NCBI GenBank assembly: GCA_963765575.1
Contig: CAVXWZ010000001.1
Location: forward strand, 1 to 64,000
Length of the DNA: 64,000 bases
Reading direction: 5' to 3'
DNA from: an uncultured cyanobacterium
GTDB lineage: Bacteria; Cyanobacteriota; Cyanobacteriia; PCC-6307; Cyanobiaceae
The notes beneath the pieces are model-generated. The model was not told the origin of the DNA and made no database searches. It worked only from the letters and a program-made list of their open reading frames with translations. How positions within the stretch are numbered: the first letter of the stretch is position 1; each line of letters starts with the position of its first letter. The position numbers and the translations under genes are program-made. Positions 62,729 through 64,000 of the stretch are shown here, piece after piece.

Positions 62729-64000
62729 TCACGGGGGGCCGAGTTCCCGCCGCTCCAGCCCCACTTTTACGTCCATGTGCTGGTCGGCGTGGCCGGTGAT
62801 CACCAGGGCAGATCGCTGGTTGGTGGCGATCCGCCACAGCCACTTGGCGAGCAGGATGAGACGATTCTCGTGGGCGGGCATGAAGCCCAGGTGGGCCACA
62901 CCCCAGAGCAGCCACCCGGGGAAGCCGCTCAGCCGCAGGCCGCGCAGATCGGCCACGGCGACATTGCGGCCGATCATGGCCATGCTGCCGAAGTCGATGA
63001 AGCGGAAGGGGGAGTGCCCGCTGCCCTGGCAGCGGGCCAGGATGTCGTTGGCCACCCAGGTGCCCATCTGCACCGCCGGGCCAGCCATGCCCGGCAGGGG
63101 CCTGGAGTCGGCCGTGTGGCTGTAGCTGCAGAGGTCACCCACCACACGGATCTCCGGATGGTGGGGGATGGAGAAGTCGGCCTGCACTACCACCCGGCCG
63201 CCGCGGTCGAGCTCACAGCCGCACTGCTCCGCCAGCAGCCGACCCAGGTGGGAGGCGCGCACGCCGGCGGTCCAGCACACCGTGCCGCCCTCGAGGGTGC
63301 GGGTACCGCTGCTGCCATCGGCGTGCTTCTGGCTGAAGGTCACCAGACCGCCCGTGATCTCCTGCACCCGTGCTCCCAGCATCAGCTCCACCCCCATCTC
63401 CTGCAGGTAACGGCCTGCGGCGGCCGACAGGCTGGGGTGCATGGCGCGCAGCACCCGATCACCGGGATCGATCAGCAGCACGCGGCTGTGGCTGGGGTCG
63501 AGCTGCTTGAACTCGTGGGCCACCGCGTGCCGCAGCAGGTCCATCAGCGATCCGGCCAGCTCGCAGCCGGTAGGCCCGCCGCCGATCACCAGCACGGTCT
63601 GCAGCAACTGGCGCCGCTGGACGTCGGGGGTCTGCTCGGCCTCCTCAAGGGCCATCAGCACCCGGCGGCGGATCTCATCGGCGTGTTCGAGGATCTTCAT
63701 CGGCGGTGCCACGGCCCGCCACTGCTCGTGGCCGAAGTAGCTGCTGCCGGAGCCGGTGGCCAGGATCAGGTGGTGGTAGGCAAAGCGGCGCTCGTTGAAC
63801 ACCACCTCCCGGGCCGTTGCGTCGATCTCCTGCACCTCCCCCAGCAGGATCTGGATGTTGGGCGCCTTTCCAAGCAGCTGCCGCAGCGGCGAGGCCACGT
63901 CGGACTCGGCCACCAGGCCAGTGGCCACCTGATACAGCAGGGGCTGGAAGAGGTTGAAGTTGCGCTTGTCGATCAGGGTGACGCGCACCGGCTTGCCACG
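62729..64000 (-). CDS. ndh: Type II NADH:quinone oxidoreductase-like flavoprotein, 5' end outside the window
   Basis: DKRNFNLFQPLLYQVATG, LATGS, GGGPTGCELAG, WTAGV, GD, DFGSMAMIGR. Confidence 0.9.
   Translation of the reverse strand, partial: RGKPVRVTLIDKRNFNLFQPLLYQVATGLVAESDVASPLRQLLGKAPNIQILLGEVQEIDATAREVVFNERRFAYHHLILATGSGSSYFGHEQWRAVAPPMKILEHADEIRRRVLMALEEAEQTPDVQRRQLLQTVLVIGGGPTGCELAGSLMDLLRHAVAHEFKQLDPSHSRVLLIDPGDRVLRAMHPSLSAAAGRYLQEMGVELMLGARVQEITGGLVTFSQKHADGSSGTRTLEGGTVCWTAGVRASHLGRLLAEQCGCELDRGGRVVVQADFSIPHHPEIRVVGDLCSYSHTADSRPLPGMAGPAVQMGTWVANDILARCQGSGHSPFRFIDFGSMAMIGRNVAVADLRGLRLSGFPGWLLWGVAHLGFMPAHENRLILLAKWLWRIATNQRSALVITGHADQHMDVKVGLERRELGPP

Overview
High-GC picocyanobacterial (Cyanobium/Synechococcus-like) chromosomal window; the assignment rests on the hyper-conserved Hcp/PSHCP gene, ebsA, the cyanoexosortase system and an ARTO oxidase. 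1-12 kb: surface-polysaccharide locus (NDP-sugar epimerase, GT4/WecA-like transferase, Wzc, HpsJ-like, cyanoexosortase plus partner, CapD-like) interrupted by toxin-antitoxin genes, an intact IS5 and IS3/Uma2/PIN relics. 12-30 kb: mostly core genes (polA, MNT-HEPN, GDSL-RTX, MscS, NhaP, gltX, tRNA-Asp, hcp, tRNA-Trp, rplS, map, ebsA, yajQ). 30-45 kb: a sensor-domain diadenylate-cyclase-like gene, then 5-oxoprolinase, a seven-gene V/A-type ATPase operon in permuted order (B-D-I-K-E-DUF2764-A) and ggt. 45-56 kb: lower-GC accessory island (PPK2, AraC/FUSC relics, SulP, DUF389, MscS, Tat lipase, DUF481 barrel) followed by HdeD. 56.7-64 kb: two DUF2231 genes, CuA-less ctaCDE-II, an atypical GMC oxidoreductase and a convergent type-II NADH dehydrogenase. 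Several single-base frameshifts may be assembly errors. All family calls come from motif recognition by eye; no searches were run. Best candidates for an undescribed system: the DUF2231-ARTO-GMC module, the V-ATPase placed between oxoprolinase and ggt, the orphan DAC gene, and the DUF481-lipase-MscS-DUF389 cluster.
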